Below are positions 1-10,624 of a DNA stretch of 64,000 nt, piece after piece. Origin of the DNA: Planctomycetota bacterium. GTDB taxonomy: Bacteria; Planctomycetota; B15-G4; SIAN01. The stretch is from positions 32,001 to 96,000 of the forward strand of contig JANNXA010000045.1 in assembly GCA_031409275.1 (NCBI GenBank), in the 5' to 3' direction. The notes below the pieces were generated by a model. It was not told the origin of the DNA and searched no databases. It was given only the letters and a program-made list of their open reading frames with translations. The position numbers and the translations under genes are program-made. Positions within the stretch are counted from its first letter, which is position 1, and every line of letters begins with the position of its first letter.

Positions 1-2
1 GC

Positions 3-959
3 ATCGAGGCGAGCGGTGTGCTGGCCGCCGACGGCTCCTTCGACGCCGACCTCGTCCATGTCGAACGCACGCGCGGAAACGGAAACGACGACGTCGCCCG
101 CATCCACGGCACGATCACCGACCTCGACCTCGCAGGCGACACCTTCACGCTGCGGATCCGCAACGTCGCCTTCGGCAAGAGCATCGTCGACCCGATCCTC
201 GCAGGCCTCGGCGATCCGTCCGAGATCGAGATCTCCTACGTGGGCGCCGCGATCCAGCTGCGCGGAGACGATGCGCGCGGCGGTGACGAGAACGACCTCG
301 CCATCGGGCAGGGCGTGAAGGTCGATTTCGAGACGTTCGTCTCCGAGCCCTTCGCGGCGCACGAGGTCGAGATCGAGGACGAGGAGGTCGAGTACGAAGG
401 GACGATCGTGGACGCCAGCGGCCTGCCGGGAAGCTGCATCCTCCATCTCGAGCCGCACGATCCGGCCGTCGTGGCCGGTCTGGTGGACTCCTCGACGACC
501 GACGTCGAGGTCGTCCTCGACGGCAGCGAGCGTCTCTGGCTCGACCTGCGCGGCGAGCCTGACGTCGACGTCGGACTGCTCGCCGACGAACTGCGCGTCA
601 AGGTGCGCGGCGAGCGGTCGGGCAGCTCGTCGAACCCCACCATCGCCGCATCGTCGATCCGCGTCGAACCGGGCGAACTGCGGGGCACGGTCACGGCGGT
701 GAACCAGTCGATCGGCACCTTCGTGGTCGACATCGACTCGCTCGACGATCCGTTCGGCGGCAGCGCGCTCCCGGATCCGGTCACGTTCCGCCTCGACGCC
801 GACGCGTTCTTCACCGGCGACGCCGACGACGCCAGCGGCTTCTTCGCGCTCTTCGCCAACCTCGGCTCGGGCGACTCGCTCGAAGTGCGCGTCAGCGGAC
901 TCTCCGACGGGGTCGGCGGCGCGCTGACCTGGTCGGTCGAGGCGAGCGTGACCGATTGA
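3..959 (+). CDS. DUF5666-like repeat (OB-fold-like) acidic protein, 5' partial
   Basis: Frame is open from the window edge; repeated 'G.V..VD....F.L....V.V.G' type modules. Confidence 0.55.
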   Translation: MEASGVLAADGSFDADLVHVERTRGNGNDDVARIHGTITDLDLAGDTFTLRIRNVAFGKSIVDPILAGLGDPSEIEISYVGAAIQLRGDDARGGDENDLAIGQGVKVDFETFVSEPFAAHEVEIEDEEVEYEGTIVDASGLPGSCILHLEPHDPAVVAGLVDSSTTDVEVVLDGSERLWLDLRGEPDVDVGLLADELRVKVRGERSGSSSNPTIAASSIRVEPGELRGTVTAVNQSIGTFVVDIDSLDDPFGGSALPDPVTFRLDADAFFTGDADDASGFFALFANLGSGDSLEVRVSGLSDGVGGALTWSVEASVTD

Positions 960-966
960 GCTGCGG

Positions 967-3900
967 ATGAATCGCCGCGACGACGACCTCTCGATGGCCC
1001 GCCCCGCGCATGGCGACGGCGAGGTGGCGCGCGTGCGGCTGCCCGATGGCCGTCTCGCCGTGCGCAAGCGCTTCGCGAGCGCAGCGCAGCCCGAGTTTCG
1101 CGCCGAAGTGGGCGCCCTGCTCGAAGTGGCAGCGCCGGAGATCACCCGACTGCTCGACGCCGGAGTCGATGACGACGGCCGTGCCTGGTTGGTGCGTGAA
1201 TGGGTCGAAGGCTCCTCGCTGCGCGAGGCGTTGCCCGTATCGACCGCAGCGCGCTCGCGTGTGCTGCAAGACGTGCTGGCGGGCCTCTCCGCCCTCCATC
1301 GCGCGGGACTGATCCACGCCGATCTCAAACCGGAGAACGTGCTGCTCTGCGACGATGGCAGCGCGAAGCTGTGCGACTTCGGGCTGGCGACCGCAACGCA
1401 ACTGCAAGGCGCTCTCGCCGCCGGCTCGAGCTACTACCTGCCGCCCGAACGACTCCTCGGCTGGCCGCTCGACGCGCGCGCCGATCTCTTCTCGTTCGGG
1501 CTGCTGCTCTACGAATTGCTGGGAGGCGCGCTGCCAAGCGACGCGGCCGCGTTCTACGCCCGTTTCCCGCGCGAACCGCTGCTGCCGCTGCTGCCGACCG
1601 ATCTCGCGAAGCACGGCGTCACGCCGGCGACGATCCGTGTGATCGAGCGACTCACCGCGATCGATCCGTGGCAGCGACCGGCCGATGTCGCGCAGACGCA
1701 GGCGCTGCTCGCCGCGGTCGGACTCTTGCCAACGGAAGCGACTCGTCGCCCCCGTCCGCGCCTGCGATCGGACTTCTTCCTCGCCCCGGCGATGGCGCAC
1801 GCCTCGACGCTGCTGGCCGCGGAGAGTCCGGCGCGCTGCCTCTACCTCTTGCCGCGGCGCGAGGACGGCCCCGCCTTCGAACGCGCGCTCGCGCTGGCGG
1901 CGGCGATCCATGGCGTGGCGCGCGACCTGCCCGACGCGCCGGCGCGCTCGCGCCAACGCCGCCTCAAGATCGGACGCGCCGACGCGGCCACTCTGCGCTC
2001 TTGCGGCGCGCGCATCGCCACCGGGGCCTCGTTGATGGGACTGTGGTGGAGCGAGCGGCCGCGCGCGGAGTGGTCCGAGCTGCCGCCGTGGATCACTCTG
2101 GTGCCGTTCGCATCTCCCGATCCGGCGCGGCTTGCCGCCGAACTCGCCGGCCACGTCGGCTTGCGCGACGCCCTGCCCTTGCCACTGCTGCGCCTCGCGG
2201 AAGCGCTGATCGACGAGCTCGGCCCCGACCCTGCCGCGATCGACGCGACCCTCGACGCTCTCGTGGCGCAAGGACGGCTGATGGACGATGGCGGCGGCGT
2301 CCACGCCCCGCCGCTCGCGACCCGTTGGGAGGGGTTGCCGCGTCCGGCGCTCCCCGACGTGCCGCTCGAACCGGCGCTCGCGAACCTGGTGCGCGCGCTC
2401 GAGATCGCGGACGAACCGCTGCCCGCCGCCACCTTCGAGCGCCTCGCGCAGGCGCTCGAGTGCGCGCCCGCGCGAGCGCGAGCGCAGCTCGAGCAGCTGC
2501 GACTCGCCGTTGCCGCGCCGGCGGGTTGGAGCGCCGTGCCGGGGCGCCTGCCCCCCGCCACGCCGAGCCAACGACAACAAGCGGGTGCTGCGCTGCTGGC
2601 GGCATCACCGCTCGAAGGGCCGCGACCGCGACTTCGACTGCTGGCAGCCTTCGCCGCGCAGGCGCATCGCGAGGCGGCGCAGCTGCTGGTCGACCACTGG
2701 CGCGAGCTCGCCGACGGCCGCGTCGACGCGTTGCTGCCCGAGCTTGAGCTCCTCCTCGCGACCTCGGAATGCGACAGCGCCACCCGCCATGCGATCGGCG
2801 AGTTGCTGCTGGCCGCAGGCCGCGGCGCGCGCGCCGCCACGCTCTTCGAGTCGGTCGCCGAGGAGGGTGGTGCACCGCTCGAACTGCAGTTGCGCGCGCT
2901 GCGCCGGGCCGGTGACGTCGCGCTGCTGCGCGGGAACTACGACGACGCTCGCCGCGCCTTCGAGCGTGGCTGCGCCCGTGGCAAACGCACTTCGGAGGAG
3001 CACTACTTCATCCGGGGTCTCGCCGACGCGCGCTTGCGAAGCGGCGATGCCGCGGGCGCGCTCGCGCTGCTCGAACCGCTCTTCCCGCGCGGAGCCGCGC
3101 CGACGCGCGAGCGCCTCGAAGCGGAGCCGCTGCGTGCGCTCGCGCTGTTGCGCCACGGCGACCTCGCGGCCGCCGAAGACGTACTGAAGCGCGCCATCGC
3201 GGCCACCCGACCGCTCGGCCATCCGGGCCTGCTGGCCGTCCTGTTGACCAATCTGTCGTTGGCGCAGTGGCGCAGCGGGCGCCCGCTGGTCGCCATCGAG
3301 ACCGCGCGCGAGGCGTTGTCGATCCAGGAAGAGCGCGGCCAGGCGCACGAGATCGCGGCGCTGCACCTGAACCTCGGCACCATCCTGCTCGACCTGCTGC
3401 GTTTCGACGAGGCGCGGCACCACTTCGAAGCGGCGCTCGAACTGCGCCGGGCGCTGAGCGAAGCGCGCGGCATCGCGCTGGCGCAAGCCGGAATCGCGCT
3501 GGTGGCGGTCGAACAAGGACATCTGGCCGCCGCCGCGACCGGCTTCGCGGCCGCGCGACCGATCCTCGCCGCGGTCGGGCAACCGCGCGAGCAGCTGCGC
3601 TGCGAACTCGGCCACTGCAAGGAGCGCTTTCGTTCCGGCCATTGGAGCGGTTTGACGCTTGCGCTGCGCAGCCTGGTAGCGCGCGCCGAGGCCGGCGGCC
3701 ACCTCGACGTCGCCATCGACGGCGCGCATCTGCTGCTCGAGCGGGCGCTCGCGAGTCCGGGCAACTCTGCCATCGAACGCGCGGCCGAGAACTTCGCCCT
3801 GCTCGAGCGGTTGGTGGGCACGTCGCGCGACGCGGCTGCGACCACCGCGCTGCAGATGCGCCGCGCCCAGTTGAAGCGCGCGGTGGGCGACGTGGATGGC

Positions 3901-5850
3901 GCGCTGAGCGTGCTGAACTCGGCGTTGCCGCGGCTCGCCGGCACCCCGCTCGCCATCGATGCGTCGCTGGAGGAGGTCGTGCTGCATGGACCGCCCTGCG
4001 AGATCTCGCGCATCGAAGCCGCCGAACGCGCCGCGCGCGTCACCAACCACCGCCGCGGCCTCGTGGCCGCGCTCGCCTTCCGGCGCGCGTGGCACGTCGG
4101 GCGTGGCGATCGCCACGGCGCGGCGGCGACCTTGCGCGCGCTGCAGGAGACGTTGCGCGATGCGACCGGCAGCGATTCGCCCCGCACCCAGCTGCGCGCG
4201 GCGATCGGCATGATGGCGCCGCGCGGCGACGCGGTGCGTCTGGCCGCGAACGGGCGCCACGAACCGAAAGAAGAGATGACGGCTCACCTCCAGCTGTTGC
4301 GCACGTTCCTCTCGATCAACAAGCGCCTCGCCGGCGAGGCCGACGTCGCGCGACTGCTCGACTACCTGGTCGAGACGGCGTTGTCGCTGACCGGCGCCGA
4401 GCGCGGCTTCATCGCGCTCGAAAGCGCCGGGGCGACGCGCTTCGAAGTCGGCAAGAGCGCGCGCGGCGGCGACCTTGGCGCGCCCGAGAAGGAGCTCTCG
4501 TTCAGCTTCCTGCGCCAGTGCCTCGAGAAGGGGCGCACGCTGGTCACCTCGAACGCCGGCCTCGACCCCCGTTTTCGCGAGCAGGCGAGCGTGAGCGCGC
4601 TCGACCTCCGCTCGATCGTCTGCGTGCCGATCCGCGTCGACGACGGAACGCAGGCGGCGCTCTACGTCGATCACCCCGTGCGCGAAGGCGCGTTCGGTGA
4701 GCGCGAGATCGAGCTGTGCGAGGCGCTCGCCGACCAGGCCGGGATCGCGCTGCGCAACCTCCACGCACGCCAGCGCATCGAGACGTTGAACGGCCAGCTC
4801 GCGACGCGGGTCGAAGTCCAGCAGAGCGCGCTCGAGATCGCGACTCGGCGCCTCGATCGCGCCGGCGGGGAGCCATTGGCCGCCGGCGGCGATCAGCGCT
4901 GGATCGGCGAATCGACCACGTTCGTCGCCACCGGCCGCCTGCTCGAACGCTACGCCCAGACCGACCTTTCGGTGCTGGTGCGCGGCGAGAGCGGGACGGG
5001 CAAGGAGGGGGCGGCGCGTCGCCTCCACGACCTCTCGCCACGGCGCGATCGTCCGTTCGTCAGCGAGAGCTGCACGGCGATCCCGGAGACGCTGCTCGAA
5101 GCGGAGTTCTTCGGGGTCAAGAAAGGCGCGTTCACTGGCGCCGACGCCGATCGCCCCGGGCTCTTCGAGCTGGCGCGCGGCGGCACGCTCTTCCTCGATG
5201 AGATCGGCGAGATGCCGTTGGCCCTGCAGGCGAAGCTGCTGCGCGCGCTCGAGGAACGGGCCGTGCGGCCGTTGGGAGCGCGCGAGGCGGTGGCGGTTGA
5301 CCTGCGCCTCGTCACGGCGACGAACCGCGATCTGCGAACGCTCGCGCGCGAAGGGAAGTTCCGCGAGGACCTCTACTTCCGCATCGCTGCCGCCGAGCTC
5401 GAGATGCCGCCACTGCGCGCGCGCAAGGGCGACGTCGTGCCGCTGGCGCAGAGCTTCCTCGAACAGCTGAATCGCGCGCACGCGACCACCCGCCGCTTCA
5501 CGCGCGCCGCGCTCGTCGAGCTCGACCGCTATTCATGGCCCGGCAACATCCGCCAGTTGAAGAACGAGGTGCAACGCGCCTTCGCCATCGCGGAGGACGA
5601 CGACCTCGACTGGCAGGCGCCACAAGGAGGCGTCGAACGCGCCAGCGGTTCGATGCGGTTCCCGGAGCCGCTGCCGACGCTCGCCGAACTGGAGAAGCTC
5701 GCCATCACGGAGGCGCTGACGCGCCATGACGGCGACAAGGAGGCGGCCGCCCGCGCCATCGGCATCTCGCGCGCGTCGATCTACGACAAGGTGCGCCGCT
5801 ACGACCTCGGTCCAGCTTCTGGACGTCGCAGTGCGAAGGATCCGGCGTAG
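967..5850 (+). CDS. Ser/Thr kinase-TPR-GAF-sigma54-dependent activator (bEBP) with Fis-type HTH
   Basis: HADLKPEN and DFG kinase motifs; TPR-like helices; GAF (SIVCVPI, ALYVD); GESGTGKE, GAFTGA, LFLDEIGE, WPGNIRQL; C-terminal HTH. Confidence 0.9.
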   Translation: MNRRDDDLSMARPAHGDGEVARVRLPDGRLAVRKRFASAAQPEFRAEVGALLEVAAPEITRLLDAGVDDDGRAWLVREWVEGSSLREALPVSTAARSRVLQDVLAGLSALHRAGLIHADLKPENVLLCDDGSAKLCDFGLATATQLQGALAAGSSYYLPPERLLGWPLDARADLFSFGLLLYELLGGALPSDAAAFYARFPREPLLPLLPTDLAKHGVTPATIRVIERLTAIDPWQRPADVAQTQALLAAVGLLPTEATRRPRPRLRSDFFLAPAMAHASTLLAAESPARCLYLLPRREDGPAFERALALAAAIHGVARDLPDAPARSRQRRLKIGRADAATLRSCGARIATGASLMGLWWSERPRAEWSELPPWITLVPFASPDPARLAAELAGHVGLRDALPLPLLRLAEALIDELGPDPAAIDATLDALVAQGRLMDDGGGVHAPPLATRWEGLPRPALPDVPLEPALANLVRALEIADEPLPAATFERLAQALECAPARARAQLEQLRLAVAAPAGWSAVPGRLPPATPSQRQQAGAALLAASPLEGPRPRLRLLAAFAAQAHREAAQLLVDHWRELADGRVDALLPELELLLATSECDSATRHAIGELLLAAGRGARAATLFESVAEEGGAPLELQLRALRRAGDVALLRGNYDDARRAFERGCARGKRTSEEHYFIRGLADARLRSGDAAGALALLEPLFPRGAAPTRERLEAEPLRALALLRHGDLAAAEDVLKRAIAATRPLGHPGLLAVLLTNLSLAQWRSGRPLVAIETAREALSIQEERGQAHEIAALHLNLGTILLDLLRFDEARHHFEAALELRRALSEARGIALAQAGIALVAVEQGHLAAAATGFAAARPILAAVGQPREQLRCELGHCKERFRSGHWSGLTLALRSLVARAEAGGHLDVAIDGAHLLLERALASPGNSAIERAAENFALLERLVGTSRDAAATTALQMRRAQLKRAVGDVDGALSVLNSALPRLAGTPLAIDASLEEVVLHGPPCEISRIEAAERAARVTNHRRGLVAALAFRRAWHVGRGDRHGAAATLRALQETLRDATGSDSPRTQLRAAIGMMAPRGDAVRLAANGRHEPKEEMTAHLQLLRTFLSINKRLAGEADVARLLDYLVETALSLTGAERGFIALESAGATRFEVGKSARGGDLGAPEKELSFSFLRQCLEKGRTLVTSNAGLDPRFREQASVSALDLRSIVCVPIRVDDGTQAALYVDHPVREGAFGEREIELCEALADQAGIALRNLHARQRIETLNGQLATRVEVQQSALEIATRRLDRAGGEPLAAGGDQRWIGESTTFVATGRLLERYAQTDLSVLVRGESGTGKEGAARRLHDLSPRRDRPFVSESCTAIPETLLEAEFFGVKKGAFTGADADRPGLFELARGGTLFLDEIGEMPLALQAKLLRALEERAVRPLGAREAVAVDLRLVTATNRDLRTLAREGKFREDLYFRIAAAELEMPPLRARKGDVVPLAQSFLEQLNRAHATTRRFTRAALVELDRYSWPGNIRQLKNEVQRAFAIAEDDDLDWQAPQGGVERASGSMRFPEPLPTLAELEKLAITEALTRHDGDKEAAARAIGISRASIYDKVRRYDLGPASGRRSAKDPA

Positions 5851-5907
5851 GCGCTCCAAGGCTGCGGGAGCTCCCGGAGGAATCGATTGCTATCCGCACA
5901 TGGGCGA

Positions 5908-5923
5908 TGGCGCGTCGCTTGCA
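5908..5923 (+). promoter_or_regulatory. sigma54 (-24/-12) promoter
   Basis: TGGCGCGTCGCTTGCA, exact GG-N10-GC spacing, about 40 nt upstream of ATG 5964. Confidence 0.7.
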
Positions 5924-5963
5924 CGGCATTGGCGCTCCCCCGCTTCGATGGAATCCTCCCGCC

Positions 5964-7754
5964 ATGCGACTTCGCAACCTGCGCCGAGTTCTTGCACTGC
6001 TTGCAGCGTGGCCCGCCGTCACGTTCGCGCAAGGCAGCCCTGGCTCCGCGCGAATCGTCGTCCTCGACGAGCGGACGCTGACGCTGCAGTCGTTTCGCGA
6101 GGACACGCTCGCGCTCACGGGCCGGCCGGGACCCGATCGCTGCAAGCTGAGGCCGCTGACGCTGGTGTCGCGAGACGGAGCCGACCTCCTCGATCTCACG
6201 CTGCCGCAGCAGAGCGACGAGCTCGGCGTCACGTCGATCGCGCTCCCCGATGGTGGCTGGCTGCTCCGCTACCGCGACCCGAAGAACCTCCGCGGCGGCG
6301 TGCTGTGGGTCAGCGCGGCGGGCCGCTGCAACGTGCTGCTCGAGCAGCCGCTGGTCAACGGACAGGATCGATTGCTGGCGAACATCGCGGTGTCGCCGTT
6401 CGAAGCGCGCGCCGCCGTCATCGAGAACGAGAACCTGACCGGGCGCGGCGACGTCTGGTTGCTGCGCTTCGATGGCTCCGACTTCGCGTCGAGCGGCACG
6501 CCGGCGTACTGCGTCACTTCCTCGCTGGCCGGCCCCGACGCCGAACCCGACTCGATGGTGTTCGCCAAGGGCGCGCTGTTCTTCGCCGAGAGCGATCGAT
6601 TCCTGCGCCGCGCACCCAGCGATGGCAGCGGCGCCGCGCTCTCACTCAAGCTGCCGAAGTCGGCGGGTCTCGTGCCCGCCGAGATCAGCAACGAGATCGC
6701 CGTCAGCCGCGATGGCTCGACGCTGGCGTTCCAGGCCGGACTGAGCGAGGCGTCGTGGGACCTCTACGTCGCGACCGCGGCTGGAGTCGTCACGAACCTG
6801 TCGAAGGCGCCAAGCCAGTTCAACATCGCCGGCCACACCACCAGCGAATCGACCGGTCCGCTGATGGCGCTGTCGGACGATGGCGCGACGCTCCTCTACG
6901 CCGACGACGTCCCCGACCTCGAGCTCTTCAGCCGCCCCACCGACGGCAGCGCCGCGCCGATCCAGTTCACGACCGACCGCGAGTTCGAGCATTCGCTCGC
7001 CGATGGGAGCACGGTCATCGCGATGTTCGGCGGACCGCTCTTCTCGTTCGGCGAAGCGGGCTTCCATCGCGATTTCTATCGAGCGACCTTCAGCGGCGGG
7101 ACGGCGGCCGTGAGCAACCTCACGGCGACCTCGGGTGCCACGACGGCCCCCTTCCCGAAAGGCGCCCTGCTGCAGCCGACGATCGCGGCGCGCACGAGCG
7201 GCAGCGGTCTGGTGATGGTCGATCTGCTGGGACTCGGCGCCGGCAATCCGAGCTTCGATGTCTGGACGCTCGACGCGGCCGGCAGCGCTCCGTTGCTGAA
7301 CGGCCTGAAGCTCGCGCCGAGATTCCTGCGCGGAGGACCGGCGGCGGCACCCGTACTGCTGGCGGCGGTGACGACGGCTGGCGGCGATCAGATCTGGCGC
7401 CTGCCCGACACGCCGGCGGGAGCGGCGCAGTTCGTCGTCGACGCGCCCGGGCTCTCGTTGCGCGGGGTCGCGCTTCGTGACGATGGCAGCGAGATCGCGT
7501 TCGTCGTTTCCGGCGGCGCCGGACTCGAGCAGGTGGCGGCCGTCGACCTGGCGAGCGGCCGGCTGCGCCTGCTGACGCCGCAGCCCGGCTTCGCGGGCGC
7601 TTCGGCGGCCTACTCGCCGACCGGACGGGTGCTCTTCACCTTCTCGACGATCACGTCAGCGCCACTCTTCGCGTTCGCCGAGTCCCCCGCCGGCAGCGGC
7701 ATCGCCCGCAAGCTGGCCGGGGCGGGCACGGCGCCGCGCTTCCTGACGCGCTGA
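5964..7754 (+). CDS. Secreted TolB-like beta-propeller protein
   Basis: Signal peptide MRLRNLRRVLALLAAWPAVTFAQ; repeats like 'AVSRDGSTLAF', 'ALSDDGATLLY', 'AYSPTGRVLF'. Confidence 0.6.
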   Translation: MRLRNLRRVLALLAAWPAVTFAQGSPGSARIVVLDERTLTLQSFREDTLALTGRPGPDRCKLRPLTLVSRDGADLLDLTLPQQSDELGVTSIALPDGGWLLRYRDPKNLRGGVLWVSAAGRCNVLLEQPLVNGQDRLLANIAVSPFEARAAVIENENLTGRGDVWLLRFDGSDFASSGTPAYCVTSSLAGPDAEPDSMVFAKGALFFAESDRFLRRAPSDGSGAALSLKLPKSAGLVPAEISNEIAVSRDGSTLAFQAGLSEASWDLYVATAAGVVTNLSKAPSQFNIAGHTTSESTGPLMALSDDGATLLYADDVPDLELFSRPTDGSAAPIQFTTDREFEHSLADGSTVIAMFGGPLFSFGEAGFHRDFYRATFSGGTAAVSNLTATSGATTAPFPKGALLQPTIAARTSGSGLVMVDLLGLGAGNPSFDVWTLDAAGSAPLLNGLKLAPRFLRGGPAAAPVLLAAVTTAGGDQIWRLPDTPAGAAQFVVDAPGLSLRGVALRDDGSEIAFVVSGGAGLEQVAAVDLASGRLRLLTPQPGFAGASAAYSPTGRVLFTFSTITSAPLFAFAESPAGSGIARKLAGAGTAPRFLTR

Positions 7755-7800
7755 GACGCGCGCCAGGAAGGGGCTGGCGAAGGGCGTCGCGGCGTACCGT

Positions 7801-9372
7801 CTACGACTGGTCGAGCGTGTAGCTCACCGCCTCGATGCCCGGACGCCCCGCCATCTGGCTCTGCTCCCACTTGATGAAGTCGGAGCGCACGCCCATGACG
7901 TTGCTGTAGCGGATCGTGTAGTGCGTCCAGTCCTTCGCCATCAGCTCGTCGGACAGCTCGCGCTCGTGCTCCAGCAGCCCCGCCTTGCGCTTGTCCCAGG
8001 TCGCCTTGTCCATCGCCTCGACTTCGCGGACGAGCTCCTGGTAGATCGGTGCGCATGGCCAGTCGGTCCGCGCATTGACCCACCACGTGCACAGCTTCCC
8101 GAGCTTCTCGAGGAAGAGGTCGTGCTCGGGGCTGAAGTTGAGGCAGCTGCCGTCGAAGTAGTTGCCTAGCCCCTTCATCTTCGATTCATCGATCAGCGGC
8201 TTGGCGATGTCGTAGCCGACCGTTCCCTTGAACGGGAAGAAGATGGCCCAGCGGAAGCGGCCGAGCTTCACCTTCGCGCACAGCTCGAACGTGTCGAGGA
8301 TCTCGGCGCGCCCTTCGTGAGGCAGACCGAACATGATGAAGGCGGAGGTGTGCAGGTCGTACTTGTGCGCGTTCGCGAAGCTGTCCTCGATCTGCTGGTT
8401 CGTCATGTAGCGGTGCAGGACGTCGCGGCGGATGCGATCGTTGCCCGACTCGAGCCCGAACTTCACGATCATGCAGCCCGCTTCCTTCAGGTAGCGCGCC
8501 GAGGCGTCATCGAAGCAGTTGACGTGGCCGTTGACGACGAACGGGAGGCCGACGTTCGCTTCCTGGTAGGCCTTGCAGAACTTCTTCACGTACGGCTTGT
8601 TCAGCGTGAAGAGGTCGTCGTCGAAGATGAACGTCTTGATCTGCGGGTAGCGCCCGCGCAGATCCTTCAGCTCGGCGATCTGGCGCTCGATCGGGAAGCT
8701 GCGCAGGAACTCCTTCGGCCCCTTCGCCGCGCCGTCGGCGACGTACTGGTCGACGATCTCGAGGTTGAAGCAATAGGTGCACTTGTAGGGGCAGCCGCGC
8801 GAAGTGAGGATCCCCATCCACCCCTTCGTCGCCGCCAGCACCTTCGGCATGTCGAAGACTTCGTAGTCGAGCGCCGGCAGCGTGTCGAGGCCCGGGAATG
8901 GCGCAACCGGCTTGATCTTCTTCTCGCCGCCGACCCAGCTTCGGATGCCGTTCACCTCGGTCGGGTCGCCGCCCTTCACGAGCGCGTCCATCACGTCGAC
9001 GAGCGCATAGTCGCCCTCGCCGATGCAGACGTAGTCCCACAGCTTCGACTCGTGCACTTCGTCCGGCACCATCGTGCAGTGGACGCCGCCGATGATCTGC
9101 TTCAACTCGGGGAACGCGGCGCGGATCGCCTTGCCCGCCTCGATGCACCAGTCGTACTGCATCGAGAGCGCGGAGAAGCCGATCAGGCCGGGCTTGGTCT
9201 CGCGCACGTAGTCGACGACCTGCGCCATCGTCGGCACCGGCTCGAGCTTCTCGCAAACGTGCCAGAGGTCCATCTCGTGGCCGCGCGACTTCACGACGCC
9301 CGCGAGCGAAGCGATGCCGTGGTTGCTGCCAGCCGGCGCGTCGAGGCTCGGGTAGAGCAGAAGGATCTTCAT
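7801..9372 (-). CDS. Cobalamin-binding radical SAM protein
   Basis: N-terminal B12-binding domain (IIGGVH, IGEGD); SRGCPYKCTYC; FDDDLF; GLESG; start chosen at MKILLLYP. Confidence 0.9.
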   Translation of the reverse strand: MKILLLYPSLDAPAGSNHGIASLAGVVKSRGHEMDLWHVCEKLEPVPTMAQVVDYVRETKPGLIGFSALSMQYDWCIEAGKAIRAAFPELKQIIGGVHCTMVPDEVHESKLWDYVCIGEGDYALVDVMDALVKGGDPTEVNGIRSWVGGEKKIKPVAPFPGLDTLPALDYEVFDMPKVLAATKGWMGILTSRGCPYKCTYCFNLEIVDQYVADGAAKGPKEFLRSFPIERQIAELKDLRGRYPQIKTFIFDDDLFTLNKPYVKKFCKAYQEANVGLPFVVNGHVNCFDDASARYLKEAGCMIVKFGLESGNDRIRRDVLHRYMTNQQIEDSFANAHKYDLHTSAFIMFGLPHEGRAEILDTFELCAKVKLGRFRWAIFFPFKGTVGYDIAKPLIDESKMKGLGNYFDGSCLNFSPEHDLFLEKLGKLCTWWVNARTDWPCAPIYQELVREVEAMDKATWDKRKAGLLEHERELSDELMAKDWTHYTIRYSNVMGVRSDFIKWEQSQMAGRPGIEAVSYTLDQS

Positions 9373-9648
9373 CCGGCGTGCGCTCCGGGAACAAGTCAGA
9401 GCAGCGAAGCCCCCGCGAACCAACGCGGCGACGCCTCCGGAAAACGGCTCTCCAGAGGGCTCCTCCCTCGAAACAGGACCAAACTCATACAGATTCGAGC
9501 AGTCGATGCAACGCGCGCATTCGCACGGAGTTGTGGCGGGCGCGGTCGCTTCGGAACCAACTTCTCACCGCGCCCAGGCGTTTCGGCTCCGGATGGAGCG
9601 CCTTGTGACGATTCCTAGGTAGCCACCCCAACGTCGGAGTCCGCCGCC

Positions 9649-10035
9649 ATGCACCCCCCTCGACCCAAGCGAGCCACTCGATCGCGCCGCAGCGGCTTTG
9701 CGCTCGTCGAGTTGATGGTGACTTCGATCGTGCTGATGACCGGATGCGTCGCCCTGGTGCTCTCCACCAGCACCACCGGCCTCGCGACCTTCAAGGCCGA
9801 GCAGGCCAGCGTCACCAAGAACACGCTCGACTGGCTGCTCGAAAGTCTCGCCGACGTGGAGTTCGACGACCTGCTGTCGTGGAACGGGGTCAGCTTCGAC
9901 CGCGGCGACCACACCGCCCGTGTCAACGCAACCACGGTGTCGCTCGGACTGATCAGCCTCGAGATGACGGTCACCGACGACCGCACCGGCAGCGTCCTGG
10001 GGCGCATCGCGACGCTGCGCTCGGGAGGCTACTGA
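9649..10035 (+). CDS. Type IV prepilin-like protein (PilV-like)
   Basis: Class III signal RRSG/FALVELMV followed by a hydrophobic helix; GGAG RBS. Confidence 0.75.
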   Translation: MHPPRPKRATRSRRSGFALVELMVTSIVLMTGCVALVLSTSTTGLATFKAEQASVTKNTLDWLLESLADVEFDDLLSWNGVSFDRGDHTARVNATTVSLGLISLEMTVTDDRTGSVLGRIATLRSGGY

Positions 10036-10036
10036 G

Positions 10037-10624
10037 ATGGCGACCCCACGACGCAAGACGCGCGGCACCACGCTGCTCGAGACCTCGATCACGGCGACGC
10101 TCCTCGTCGGGGTGGTCGGCACCGCGCTCTCCCTGACGCGCGAATCGCAGGGCGTCATGCTCGATTGCATGCGCGCACTCGCCGAGCGGACCGAGTCGAG
10201 CAACGCGTTCGACGAGCTCGCCGAGTCGATCGCGCAGGCGAATGGCGCGACCCTCCAGATCGACACCCGTCCGGTGGACGGCGACCTCCTGCTGCTCCAG
10301 GTGCCGGTCAACCTCGTCGGCAGCGCCGCGACGTGGGGCGCGACCTCTCTCGACCGCGTCACGTCCACGCAATGGGCCGGCGCCTTCGACGAGTACCGGC
10401 TGATCGCGTCGCAGAACCACCGCACGAAGTTCCGCCTCACCCGCCGACCGGTCGACGCGAACGGCCAGCCACTGGCCGCGGCGGTCGACATCGCCGACGG
10501 GATCGATGGCGTCGACTCGGCGGGCCACAAGGGATTCACCGTCTTCCGTGACGCGAGCCTCGTTCGCGTCACCCTGCGCGTCGGACATGCCGTCGACGTC
10601 ACCGTCCGTCTGCGCAATCCGTGA
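10037..10624 (+). CDS. Type IV prepilin-like protein (PilW-like)
   Basis: KTRG/TTLLETSI cleavage motif with Glu at +5, then a hydrophobic helix. Confidence 0.7.
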   Translation: MATPRRKTRGTTLLETSITATLLVGVVGTALSLTRESQGVMLDCMRALAERTESSNAFDELAESIAQANGATLQIDTRPVDGDLLLLQVPVNLVGSAATWGATSLDRVTSTQWAGAFDEYRLIASQNHRTKFRLTRRPVDANGQPLAAAVDIADGIDGVDSAGHKGFTVFRDASLVRVTLRVGHAVDVTVRLRNP

